15,830 nucleotides of DNA from Candidatus Hermodarchaeota archaeon (GTDB taxonomy: Archaea > Asgardarchaeota > Lokiarchaeia > Sigyniarchaeales > SOKP01). The notes beneath the pieces are model-generated. The model did no database searches and was not told the DNA's origin. It saw only the letters and a list, made by a program, of their open reading frames with translations. Made by a program: the position numbers and the translations under genes. Position 1 is the first letter of the stretch. Every line of letters starts with the position of its first letter. Below, piece after piece: positions 1-8,839 of the stretch. The stretch is from positions 3,160 to 18,989 of the forward strand of contig JBHLLO010000059.1 of NCBI GenBank assembly GCA_048885535.1, given 5' to 3'.

Positions 1-624
1 ATATCATTACTTGGAGAATTATTTGCTATAAGAGCAGCATCATTTCCAGATACACTGAATGAAATTGATAAATATTTAGGAAATCTTGAAATACTTGTCG
101 ATTTTCATTCTAATCTACCAATGATAGGGAAAGATACCATTCTTTATGATCATTTGAAGAGTTTCACTGATGAGGAGATGGTACATGTTCTTTTAATCTT
201 AGCTCTTTCAACCAACCTGGACTCGTATAACTACTTTTTTAAGATAATGGAAGATATACCTCAAGGCACAAAATTTTTTTCATCTGTTTGCTCATTATTT
301 CCCTGGGATCCCGAAGAGACTTGGATGATTATGCTTCGAGCACAATCGAATATATTAAAAGCTCAAAGCGCGAAATTTATACCTGAATTAATTGAATACT
401 CCTTGTTAATGAGTTTAAATCCTAGAATTTTAACAATAGAAAATGATATTTCCCAAGAAGAGCTTAAAAGATGGCAAACTTTAGTAATACCATTAATCCA
501 TTTAAGTATCTATTCATATCTCGAGAAAGATTTGGAAACTTATATAAGAAGAAGACCTTTAGCCTATATAATAGCACCGCGATATTTTATCTATTCTTCA
601 TTACATTATCATACAGTTGGATAA
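1..624 (+). CDS. Hypothetical protein, 5'-truncated by the window edge
   Basis: Frame 1 is open from base 1 (ISLLGELFAIRAASFPDTLNEIDKYLGNLEILVDFHSNLP-MIGKD...) to TAA at 622-624, so the ATG at 121 is probably internal. No motif recognised. Confidence 0.7.
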   Translation: MSLLGELFAIRAASFPDTLNEIDKYLGNLEILVDFHSNLPMIGKDTILYDHLKSFTDEEMVHVLLILALSTNLDSYNYFFKIMEDIPQGTKFFSSVCSLFPWDPEETWMIMLRAQSNILKAQSAKFIPELIEYSLLMSLNPRILTIENDISQEELKRWQTLVIPLIHLSIYSYLEKDLETYIRRRPLAYIIAPRYFIYSSLHYHTVG

Positions 625-711
625 TTTAATATTTTTCAATCAATAAAGTGCATTTAAGGTAACAAAACACCCTATAATGCAGCTATGATAACAAAACAAA
701 CACTAGATTTA

Positions 712-1866
712 TTAAAAATCTATAGATTTACCTATATATGCATAATCAAAGATTTTTCTAAATTCATTTTCATTTACTTTTCTTGGATTAAATGGTGTTA
801 GAATGTCCTTTTTGGCATAGGAAAACAAATTATCTATGTTCTTATTCCACATCTCTTCATTCACAAGATAATTTAACGAAAAGGAAATTTTGATGCGTTT
901 TAAAAAGCTTCTAATAAATTCCGCTAAAATACTTGCAGGATTTTTAGTATCTAATATATTTATACTCTGCAAAATCTCAATATAATTAGCTTCACATTCT
1001 ACTCTATTATATTCAATGATATAAGGTAACATTATTCCTACTGCAAGTCCGTGCTTAATATCATAGACTGCTCCTAAGGCATGTCCAAAAGAGTGAGCTA
1101 GACCACAACTCGAATTTGCCATTCCAATTCCTGCTATGGATGCTGCATTATGTAACTTTTCCCGTATCTTAATATCATCATAATTGTTTTCTATAATATT
1201 AGGTAGATATTTAATAATCAATTTGATTGCATGCAAATTCGCAGCGTCACTAAAGTCAGACCTAAATTTACTAGTCATACCTTCAATAGCGTGCACAAAA
1301 GCATCTAAACATGTTACAATGGTAAGTTCTTCAGACATTTTTAGACATAACTTTGGATCTAAAATTACTGATTCTGGAATTAATTCATTTGATGCCAACG
1401 CAACTTTCTGTCCAGTTTCTGAATTGGTTATGATCGAGGCAGGTGTATGTTCAGCTCCAGTACCAGATGTAGTTGGAATTAAAATCAATCTTGATTTTTT
1501 CCCCAAATTATAGGAGGTTATTGGATTACATTCATAAATCGAATCCTTTTTACTTTCATAAAGAAAGTAAAGCATTTTAGCTGTATCCATTACAGATCCT
1601 CCTCCAAATCCTATAATTACTTCAGGTTGGAATCCTATGACAAAATCTTTATTATTATTAATCATCGAATCCTTTGGATTAGGAGTTACATCATCAAAAA
1701 ATGCAAGTTCCTTCTTCTTGAAATATTTTGAAATTAATTCTCCAAAAAGATGTCTTATATTTTTATCAGTTATAATCAAGACTCTATTTTCCTCAATCTT
1801 CTTTAATTCCCTTAAAGAATTCTCGCCATGAAATATTATTGGAATCCTAATTTTGTTTAAAGATAT
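712..1866 (-). CDS. Iron-containing (group III) alcohol dehydrogenase
   Basis: Carries the NAD(P)-binding motifs GGGSVMDTAK and IPTTSGTGAE, and metal ligands in DAFVHAIE, GLAHSFGH and KHG. The frame continues upstream of the track's TTG (1779) through the family-like N-terminus RIPIIFHGENSLRELKKIEENRVLIITD. The start is placed tentatively at ATA 1866. Confidence 0.9.
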   Translation of the reverse strand: MSLNKIRIPIIFHGENSLRELKKIEENRVLIITDKNIRHLFGELISKYFKKKELAFFDDVTPNPKDSMINNNKDFVIGFQPEVIIGFGGGSVMDTAKMLYFLYESKKDSIYECNPITSYNLGKKSRLILIPTTSGTGAEHTPASIITNSETGQKVALASNELIPESVILDPKLCLKMSEELTIVTCLDAFVHAIEGMTSKFRSDFSDAANLHAIKLIIKYLPNIIENNYDDIKIREKLHNAASIAGIGMANSSCGLAHSFGHALGAVYDIKHGLAVGIMLPYIIEYNRVECEANYIEILQSINILDTKNPASILAEFIRSFLKRIKISFSLNYLVNEEMWNKNIDNLFSYAKKDILTPFNPRKVNENEFRKIFDYAYIGKSIDF

Positions 1867-1989
1867 AAAATTTCACCCTAATATTAATAATTTTTTTTAA
1901 ATTAAAATTAGACTAAATTACTTTTATTTTTTCCCATTTTTACTATTTGGCTTAAAAAAGAATTCAATAATACGGTTTATTCGTTAACT

Positions 1990-3657
1990 TTAGATTATCT
2001 CTCTTAAATAGCGTTCATCAATTGAATAGTTTAGGGTATCGTAGAAAACAGACATATATTTTTGATAAAACTCTTTCTTCTTATTAATAATTGAATTTGC
2101 ATCTTTTGAATCAATTTTTCCTTTACTCCAAAAAATCTGACCAGAATAATCTGTGTTCATATTCATTTGATGTTTAATAACCTTTCCGCCTTTAATAACG
2201 AATTCGATGTTTTTAAACGATTCTTCTAATAGTTGATAATCTTTTGAGGTATCAATCTCATTGATATTTAAGTTTAAGATATTTATATCACCATCAGCAT
2301 TTATCCCCAAATTTCCTTTAATACTTCCGATACCTAATGATTTAGCAGGGCTAGATCGACTTATAATTATATATTCATTAAAATTTAGTTCTTTCTCTTC
2401 ATTTTTAAGGAGATTATTTTTCAAAAACTCTTGATTCATATTAGATTGAAATTCCTCTCTAGCTTTTCTACTCATTAACCATGAAGCAATCTCAGGAATG
2501 TTTTTGATATGAGAATAATTCGGAAAATTAAGGGAGAGCTGGATTTGCCATTTATTTTTTATGTTTAGTGCTAAAGAAAGTGCATTAGCCCAATAAATAC
2601 ATGAATCTTTATGTTTTTTACTAAAAGTTCTTAAAGTAGAAAAGGAATCCCCTTCTGATTCAGTAGCCATGGTTATTAACTTAAAAGGGGATGCTGAAGA
2701 ATTAATAGAATTAATTAGTCTTCTATCACTCGTGATTAATGGATTAATAGGATCAAATCCTAAAATTCCTAGATCAAGGCAAAAATCTTGATTATCATTA
2801 AAGAAATTGATTAAATTAGAATTATCTCCATCAATGTTATAAGTTGAAGCATGGGCAAGGTGAAATATTTGTGTGCGGTCAATATTCAAATCATTTTTAG
2901 GATTAGGTGTTAAATTTAAAGCTCTTATTCTCTCCAAAATTATTGATAAATTTTGTTTTGCTGTTTCTTTTTCATACCCTGCAACATGTGCATGGACTGA
3001 ATGTGGTAAGCCTAGATATTCATTATATTTAGCTAATTTTTCATAAACATCAATAGGAGAGAAATTATATAATCGTCCTTTATCTTCGACTGAGTCTCTT
3101 AATTTATGGAAATTCCAATTTTCAGCTTCAAAAGGATTATAAATCTTAAAACCAAATCCTTTTGTCTTAGTTAACAAATCTGATAAAAAGACTGAAGCCT
3201 GCTCTTCCATTTCTCGCTGAAATTCTAATTCTAAAGGCCAAAAATTGCTAATATTTAAAAGTATAGCCTTATCGAGAACTGGAAACTGTTGAAAGTTAAA
3301 AATAGTTTGTTTTGATAATGAAGGATACACATTGGCTTCTACAATGAAAGTATACCCGTTAGATATATAATCTCGAGCAATATAGTCTAGTCTTAGATTG
3401 TTCCAATATTCTTGGAAGGTTTTATCAGTTTTTCCTACCAACCGTACCCAATTAATTTGTTGGGATGCTATATGAGTATGAATATCAATTCCTGAAGGTA
3501 TTACAGTTTTATCTTTAGCATTTATTTCTTTAACGTTTTTTTCATTAGAGAGCTTTTCTACGATCTTTCCATCCTCTATTAAAATATCCTTAACTTCACC
3601 TTTAACATCATTAATGGGATCGAATACTATCCCATTTTTAACGATTAATTTCGTCAT
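1990..3657 (-). CDS. fwdA: Formylmethanofuran dehydrogenase subunit A-like amidohydrolase (divergent)
   Basis: N-terminal KNGIVFDP..GEVKDILIEDGKIV; DIHTH; GFKIYNP (carboxy-Lys position); LPHSVHAH; HLAH; KGNLGINADGDI. 555 aa, in an operon with fwdB and fwdD. Confidence 0.9.
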   Translation of the reverse strand: MTKLIVKNGIVFDPINDVKGEVKDILIEDGKIVEKLSNEKNVKEINAKDKTVIPSGIDIHTHIASQQINWVRLVGKTDKTFQEYWNNLRLDYIARDYISNGYTFIVEANVYPSLSKQTIFNFQQFPVLDKAILLNISNFWPLELEFQREMEEQASVFLSDLLTKTKGFGFKIYNPFEAENWNFHKLRDSVEDKGRLYNFSPIDVYEKLAKYNEYLGLPHSVHAHVAGYEKETAKQNLSIILERIRALNLTPNPKNDLNIDRTQIFHLAHASTYNIDGDNSNLINFFNDNQDFCLDLGILGFDPINPLITSDRRLINSINSSASPFKLITMATESEGDSFSTLRTFSKKHKDSCIYWANALSLALNIKNKWQIQLSLNFPNYSHIKNIPEIASWLMSRKAREEFQSNMNQEFLKNNLLKNEEKELNFNEYIIISRSSPAKSLGIGSIKGNLGINADGDINILNLNINEIDTSKDYQLLEESFKNIEFVIKGGKVIKHQMNMNTDYSGQIFWSKGKIDSKDANSIINKKKEFYQKYMSVFYDTLNYSIDERYLREII

Positions 3658-3661
3658 TCTA

Positions 3662-4036
3662 TTAGCCCTCCTTTATTTTTTGCATAATTTTATTTAAATC
3701 TGTAACTGGTTCTTCCGTAGGTTCTAATCTAACAATAATATTTTTGTACTTGAGCTCTAGATTTTCTATTCCTGTTATTTGGTTTGACCATATTGAATTT
3801 GGCAGAAGGATAGTACCTTGAGTTACATCTTCATCTATTACTCCCCTTACAACGATTTCTCCATACATGCTTGACACTTTCAAATTCCTATCTTTTTTAG
3901 GATTAATTTTCTCCAAATCTAACGGATTAAGAAATGCTACGGCAAGCTTTTCTTTTAAAGAGGCTTTATCACCTAATGCGAACTCCTTTGCTTGATCATT
4001 TTCCATTCGTCTTGCAGTGTTCAAAATTAACTCCAT
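3662..4036 (-). CDS. fwdD: Formylmethanofuran dehydrogenase subunit D-like (molybdopterin dinucleotide-binding domain)
   Basis: MELILNTARR..., AFLNPLDL, VSSMYGEIVV, GTILLPNSIWSN, YKNIIVRLEP. The ATG at 4036 is preceded by SD-like GGAGGT and lies 1 nt from the fwdB stop, so it is preferred over the track's start at 4060. Confidence 0.85.
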   Translation of the reverse strand: MELILNTARRMENDQAKEFALGDKASLKEKLAVAFLNPLDLEKINPKKDRNLKVSSMYGEIVVRGVIDEDVTQGTILLPNSIWSNQITGIENLELKYKNIIVRLEPTEEPVTDLNKIMQKIKEG

Positions 4037-4037
4037 T

Positions 4038-5345
4038 TTATGTACCTCCTTTAACTTCAAATTTTTGAATAATTTGCTCTAATAATTCTGCATCGGTAAA
4101 TATCTTACTAGGAGGGCTAATTATCTTTTTTAGTTCAATGGGAACATGATCTAACCTGTATGCTAAACCATTGCATTCTATGCCGGTAATTGCTGTTGGT
4201 AATATAATGTCTGCCAATTGTGCTGTCGGAGTTTGATGATTATCAACTAATATTATAGGTTTCTTAGCAAGTTTTGAACTCAAACTTATAGGAAGATGTG
4301 AAATTGGATCCGTGCCAAAAAACATTGCACAATCAAAATCCTCTTTTTCGATTTTTGAAATAATCGTGTCATTAGTATTGATAAATTGATTATCCTTAAA
4401 CTGGAGAGCTCCATTCACTCCATATAGAGATAGAGTTAAATGATCAAATCCTGGCATATTGAAGTGACCACCCATCATAACAAGAGATATTCTTCCCCTT
4501 TTTTGTTTTGAGTTTATCATTTCGAGTAATTCTAAAAGTTCAGAAACTAATTTAGAATCTTTTTGAGGTGTTAAAACACCTTGACCTATAAACACTACTC
4601 CGTATTCCGTACCACTTAAGTGTTGTAGCAATCTCTTCATATCTTCTCTATCAAGACCAGCAACCCCTTCAAGAGGGATACTATCTACAGCACAACATTC
4701 CTCTTTTAAAACTTTAATTAAGTCTAGATCCTTACCAGGTGTTATTTTTAAGGCAAGATCTCTAACACCCATTGTGTTAAAAGATGCCGTTTTGATAGGA
4801 TCAATTATGATTAAAGTTTTTATTTCTCGTCCAGTCATTCGAAATTTTCCTCTTGAAAAAAGAACTTTATTTAATAGACGAGGAATTGATTCAGCAGCAT
4901 TGGATCCCCATAAAATGATCAAATCTGCCTTATTAATTATTTCAGTTATAGTTGTTAATGCCATTCCCGTATTTACACTACTATTTAAAACTTTTCCTTG
5001 GCATATCGAAGAATTTGAATCTATAAATCCATTACTTAGTTTAGCGAGTTCCAAACCTTTAAGTTGGGCTTCACAACTCGAATTTGAAAAACCATACAAC
5101 AATAATTTTTTTGAATTTTTAACTAATTGAACCGTTTTATTTAAAGCTTCATCCCAAGATACCTTCTGAAGTTTTGAATTTTGACGAATAAGTGGACTCA
5201 GAATACGATTATGAGAGGTAATTAAATCAAATTTCTCTTTTCCTTTAAGACAAGCACCAATAACCTCTTCGATGTAAATACCATCAGTTCTAACAATAAT
5301 ATCATCACATAATAATGAACATCCAGAACAGATGTAACGTTTCAT
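4038..5345 (-). CDS. fwdB: Formylmethanofuran dehydrogenase subunit B-like molybdo/tungstopterin oxidoreductase (divergent)
   Basis: N-terminal [4Fe-4S] motif CSGCSLLCDDI...ACLKG; VSWDEAL; metal-ligand Cys115 in DSNSSICQG (TGC, 5001-5003); ADLIILWGSN; ADIILPTAITGIE. Confidence 0.9.
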   Translation of the reverse strand: MKRYICSGCSLLCDDIIVRTDGIYIEEVIGACLKGKEKFDLITSHNRILSPLIRQNSKLQKVSWDEALNKTVQLVKNSKKLLLYGFSNSSCEAQLKGLELAKLSNGFIDSNSSICQGKVLNSSVNTGMALTTITEIINKADLIILWGSNAAESIPRLLNKVLFSRGKFRMTGREIKTLIIIDPIKTASFNTMGVRDLALKITPGKDLDLIKVLKEECCAVDSIPLEGVAGLDREDMKRLLQHLSGTEYGVVFIGQGVLTPQKDSKLVSELLELLEMINSKQKRGRISLVMMGGHFNMPGFDHLTLSLYGVNGALQFKDNQFINTNDTIISKIEKEDFDCAMFFGTDPISHLPISLSSKLAKKPIILVDNHQTPTAQLADIILPTAITGIECNGLAYRLDHVPIELKKIISPPSKIFTDAELLEQIIQKFEVKGGT

Positions 5346-5381
5346 AATTTCCCACTAAACTTATTTAAAAATTAATATAAA

Positions 5382-5876
5382 TTAAACATACTCAATTTTA
5401 ATGGCTTCACGAGGACAATAGGTTTCACAAACTCGACATTCTCTCTCCCTACCCTCTGCTTCGATCCTACGGCAATATTTGAGTTCAAGTAATTCACACT
5501 TTCCACCTTTAACTTGAAAGAGTTGATGATCTTCTGGAGGATAATCAGGAGCCTTTCCACTCAAGGTTGGGGGGCAATATCTTGCGTTTACTGGACATAC
5601 AGTAACACAAATTCCACAGCCATCACATAAATCTGAATCTACATTTATACGTAACTCTTTAATTTGCCCTTCTTCAGAACCAAGTAACTCTTTTAGCGTT
5701 TCATATTGTTTTTTATATTTTGGTTCTAGCAGGGGTGTGCAATCATCAACTTTTACCTTCCCTTGCAATAAGTCTAATGCAAAAGCCATACAACTTGGCT
5801 TTCCGCATACCTTACAATTAGTTTTTGGTAAATATTTATATAATTCCATGAAATTCTGAATAGGAATGAAACCCAC
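5382..5876 (-). CDS. fwdG: FwdG-like 2x[4Fe-4S] ferredoxin with an N-terminal putative Fe-S (CdhE/RnfB-type) domain (FwdG/FwdH-like)
   Basis: N-terminal LPKTNCKVCGKPSCMAFA...CTPL; C-terminal CDGCGICVTVCPVNA...GKAP and C-x11-CRVCETYCP. First gene of the fwd run. Exact start uncertain (GTG 5876 or downstream). Confidence 0.8.
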   Translation of the reverse strand: MGFIPIQNFMELYKYLPKTNCKVCGKPSCMAFALDLLQGKVKVDDCTPLLEPKYKKQYETLKELLGSEEGQIKELRINVDSDLCDGCGICVTVCPVNARYCPPTLSGKAPDYPPEDHQLFQVKGGKCELLELKYCRRIEAEGRERECRVCETYCPREAIKIEYV

Positions 5877-6008
5877 CTTCTCAAGTTTAATTAAAATTCT
5901 CTTTCTCTGAGTTATAAATATTAAATAATTTATTAATCTCTTTAGTTTATTGATTATAAATTACGAGTTTTAAGCTATTATTTTGAAAAAGAGATACTTT
6001 ATAGCAAA

Positions 6009-6935
6009 TCAATGATGATTCAAAATTTGATTTTTAAGCTTACTATAGATTTTTTTAATACTTCTGCTAGCGGAGGATTCGGGAGCGTGCATAACAACCG
6101 GTTCCGCATATGACATTGCTTCTGGAATAGATAAATCAAAATTAATATTGCCTAGAACATTATATCCCGTTTTTTCTATGTAGTTCTTAAATTTTTCTTG
6201 AAATGAGCTTTCCAAATCTGCTTTGTTTATAACTATACCAAAATCAATCTTAAATTGTAACACCATATCAATTGCTCTCGTTAAATCGTGTAAACCAGAT
6301 GGGGTAGGTTCTGTAATAGCAATAATATAATCCACTCCTGAAATAGCGGATATGACTGGACATCCAATACCTGGAGGTCCGTCGATTAGAATAATGTTTG
6401 AATCTGGAAATTCAGGTAGATTCTGAGCGGACTTTTTTACATCTGAAACTAATTTTCCAGAAGTAGTGCTTCCTAACCTAGTTTTTCCATAAACTAATGG
6501 AAATTGGAATTTTGTGTTATAAGATATGATTTCACCACTTTTTACTGTTTTTATAGTAAATGCTTGACTAGAACATAAGACTTTACATGCACCACATCCT
6601 TCGCATGCAAGATAATCAATTTTAGGTATCTGTTTCTGTTCAATCCAGCTTAATGCATTAAATTCACAAAAAGAATTATCTATACATTCTTTGCAATGTA
6701 TACAATCATCTTCTATTAGATTTGCCTTCAGAGTGGTGAAAACATCTTCTGAATAGACTTCTTGAGTATCTCCAGGAGGTAAGATTAATGCCAAGTTTGG
6801 AGCATCAACATCACAATCAAGCACGATAGGGTGAAATTCTAGATCCCTGCTCGCAAGAATACTTAAGGATGCCGCTAATGATGTTTTTCCAACACCCCCT
6901 TTTCCAGAAATTATTGCAATTGTTTTGCATTTCAT
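6009..6935 (-). CDS. MinD-superfamily P-loop ATPase with inserted ferredoxin domain (COG1149, ORP-complex ATPase-like), copy 2
   Basis: SGKGGVGKT deviant Walker A, DCDVDAPNL, CIHCKEC...C, CEGCGACKVLC, DGPPGIGCPV, TEPTPSGLHDL. Its start overlaps the upstream stop (ATGA, 6932-6935). Confidence 0.9.
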   Translation of the reverse strand: MKCKTIAIISGKGGVGKTSLAASLSILASRDLEFHPIVLDCDVDAPNLALILPPGDTQEVYSEDVFTTLKANLIEDDCIHCKECIDNSFCEFNALSWIEQKQIPKIDYLACEGCGACKVLCSSQAFTIKTVKSGEIISYNTKFQFPLVYGKTRLGSTTSGKLVSDVKKSAQNLPEFPDSNIILIDGPPGIGCPVISAISGVDYIIAITEPTPSGLHDLTRAIDMVLQFKIDFGIVINKADLESSFQEKFKNYIEKTGYNVLGNINFDLSIPEAMSYAEPVVMHAPESSASRSIKKIYSKLKNQILNHH

Positions 6936-7849
6936 ATTCCTGCTTCACTCCATTTAATAAGGTTTTCATAGACCTGTAGAAAAGCTTTATATCCCTCTCC
7001 ATTCTTATTAAAAGAATTATCACTCATTAATGGAGTTCCAGTGCAGTAGGATTGGACAATATCTTTATCTAGTGGTATATCGCCCAAAACTTGGATCTTT
7101 TCAAGATTTAAATCTTTTAAAAATTGTTCTTTGAATCCTAACAGAGTAGATCTATTTACTATGACTTTGAATTGCTTTTTAAGAAATTTGATTAATTCAA
7201 TAATTCTTAATAAATCTAACTTGCCAAACCTGGTCGGTTCTGTAACAGGTATAATATAATCTGCATGTTGAATTAATTCTTCAACATCACAATGTGCTCC
7301 TGGAGCGGTATCAAAAATAATAATATCATATTTATTTGGATGATCATTCAAGATAATATCTAATTTCTCCATTAATGATTTTACAATAACAGCTGATCTT
7401 GCTTCTGATGGTATTAATTCTCCTATTATTAAGTCAATGTTGTTAATTTGAGTCTTATATAAATTTCCGATTACCCTTGAATCTGTTATTATAGCATTAG
7501 AAGGACAGATTTTATAACATAATTTACAACCTGAACATAGATTTAAAATAGGAATTGGAACAGCATCTTTTATATATAATAAAGCGTGAGAAAGACAGTT
7601 CTCAGCACATAAACCACATTTTGTGCATCTTAACTCATCAATTTTTGGTACAAAAAAATAAACTTCCTCTCTATTCTCAAGTTTTCCTCCCATTAATAAG
7701 TATGTGTTGGGATTTTCAACATCTCCATCTATTAAAAGTACATTATATCCGTTATTTCTAAACATCACTGCTAAATTTACAGCAACTAAAGTTTTCCCTG
7801 TTCCTCCCTTTCCCCCAGTAATGCAGATGACTTTATGCCTTCTTAACAT
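6932..7849 (-). CDS. MinD-superfamily P-loop ATPase with inserted ferredoxin domain (COG1149, ORP-complex ATPase-like), copy 1
   Basis: GGKGGTGKT, DGDVENPN, CTKCGLCAENC, CSGCKLCYKICP, DTAPGAHC, TEPTRFGKLDL. Confidence 0.9.
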   Translation of the reverse strand: MLRRHKVICITGGKGGTGKTLVAVNLAVMFRNNGYNVLLIDGDVENPNTYLLMGGKLENREEVYFFVPKIDELRCTKCGLCAENCLSHALLYIKDAVPIPILNLCSGCKLCYKICPSNAIITDSRVIGNLYKTQINNIDLIIGELIPSEARSAVIVKSLMEKLDIILNDHPNKYDIIIFDTAPGAHCDVEELIQHADYIIPVTEPTRFGKLDLLRIIELIKFLKKQFKVIVNRSTLLGFKEQFLKDLNLEKIQVLGDIPLDKDIVQSYCTGTPLMSDNSFNKNGEGYKAFLQVYENLIKWSEAGI

Positions 7850-7887
7850 AATATTAGTCCTAAAAATTAGACTATGAATTATATGAT

Positions 7888-8331
7888 CTAAAATTTACCT
7901 CGATTTTGATGTCTCATCCCACGACCACTACCCCTACCACTTCCTTGTCCCATTCCATGATGGGGTGTCACATTTGCGGAAGTGATTAAGTCTAATTTTT
8001 GATCAAGATATAATTCTATAACTTCTTTAACTGTAATTGGTTCATCTGGAGCTTGATATATCTTTATATTCAAAGAATTTAAAGCCTCAGCGGCATTAGG
8101 TCCTAAAAAGCTAACTATTACCCCATCGGCTCCAATATTACCGACTATTTGAGCTGCCTGCACTCCAGCACCTCCCATTGTTTCTGAAGCGTGATTAGGT
8201 ACTACTCTTACCTCTTTTATATCCTTATTTTCTATTGTTATAAGAGTAAAACTCGGGCATCGTCCAAACCTAGAATTCATTTGTTCATTCAATCCGCCTT
8301 TCTCATTTGAAGGTACAACAATTATAACCAT
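7888..8331 (-). CDS. NifB/NifX-family (dinitrogenase FeMo-cofactor domain, MTH1175/orange protein-like) protein with Gly/Arg-rich tail
   Basis: SRFGRCPSF, NHAS..GGAGVQAAQ, GPNA; tail HHGMGQGSGRGSGRGMRH. ATG at 8331 is preferred over TTG at 8343. Confidence 0.85.
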   Translation of the reverse strand: MVIIVVPSNEKGGLNEQMNSRFGRCPSFTLITIENKDIKEVRVVPNHASETMGGAGVQAAQIVGNIGADGVIVSFLGPNAAEALNSLNIKIYQAPDEPITVKEVIELYLDQKLDLITSANVTPHHGMGQGSGRGSGRGMRHQNRGKF

Positions 8332-8399
8332 TCTTGTTCTCAACCTTAGTTTTATTAATTAATCTTTAAATAAAATAATTTCAGGATAAATCTTATAAG

Positions 8400-8804
8400 T
8401 TAATGATGGTGCTTATGATCATCATCAGCTTCTGTGTGAACTTTCTCAACACCGTATCCTTTTCCTCCTCCAGGAGTACAAAGACTTTCACCACCCATAG
8501 TTTTAATCTCACCAGCTAAAATTCTTTTGATAACATTATCAACGCTTCCTTGGACACCTATAATTACAGTTATGCCATATTGCTTGAAGAAATTTTGGGC
8601 TCTATACCCCATTCCTCCTGAAATGACATATTCTGCTCCATGTTTATTTAAAAATTCAGGAATACTCCCTACTTCATGTCCAGGATTCGCAAATTCTTCT
8701 CTTTTAACTAATTTATCATTTTCAATTGTAAGAAATGTAAATACTGGAGCTCTACCAAAATGAGCACTAACCTGATTGGAATCTGTGCTTATAGCAATTT
8801 TCAT
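8400..8804 (-). CDS. NifB/NifX-family protein with His-rich C-terminus
   Basis: MKIAIST..VSAHFGRAPVF, NPGH, VISGGMGYRA; tail DDDHKHHH; SD-like AGGAG upstream. Confidence 0.9.
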   Translation of the reverse strand: MKIAISTDSNQVSAHFGRAPVFTFLTIENDKLVKREEFANPGHEVGSIPEFLNKHGAEYVISGGMGYRAQNFFKQYGITVIIGVQGSVDNVIKRILAGEIKTMGGESLCTPGGGKGYGVEKVHTEADDDHKHHH

Positions 8805-8839
8805 AACTTTTTTCTCCTTCTTTTATTATTTCAATTTGG

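Noticed and set aside
4998-5003. Selenocysteine in FwdB, with a SECIS role for the 9964-10080 element
   Set aside because: The ligand codon is TGC (Cys), no gene in the window needs TGA read-through, and the element lacks a clean SECIS core.
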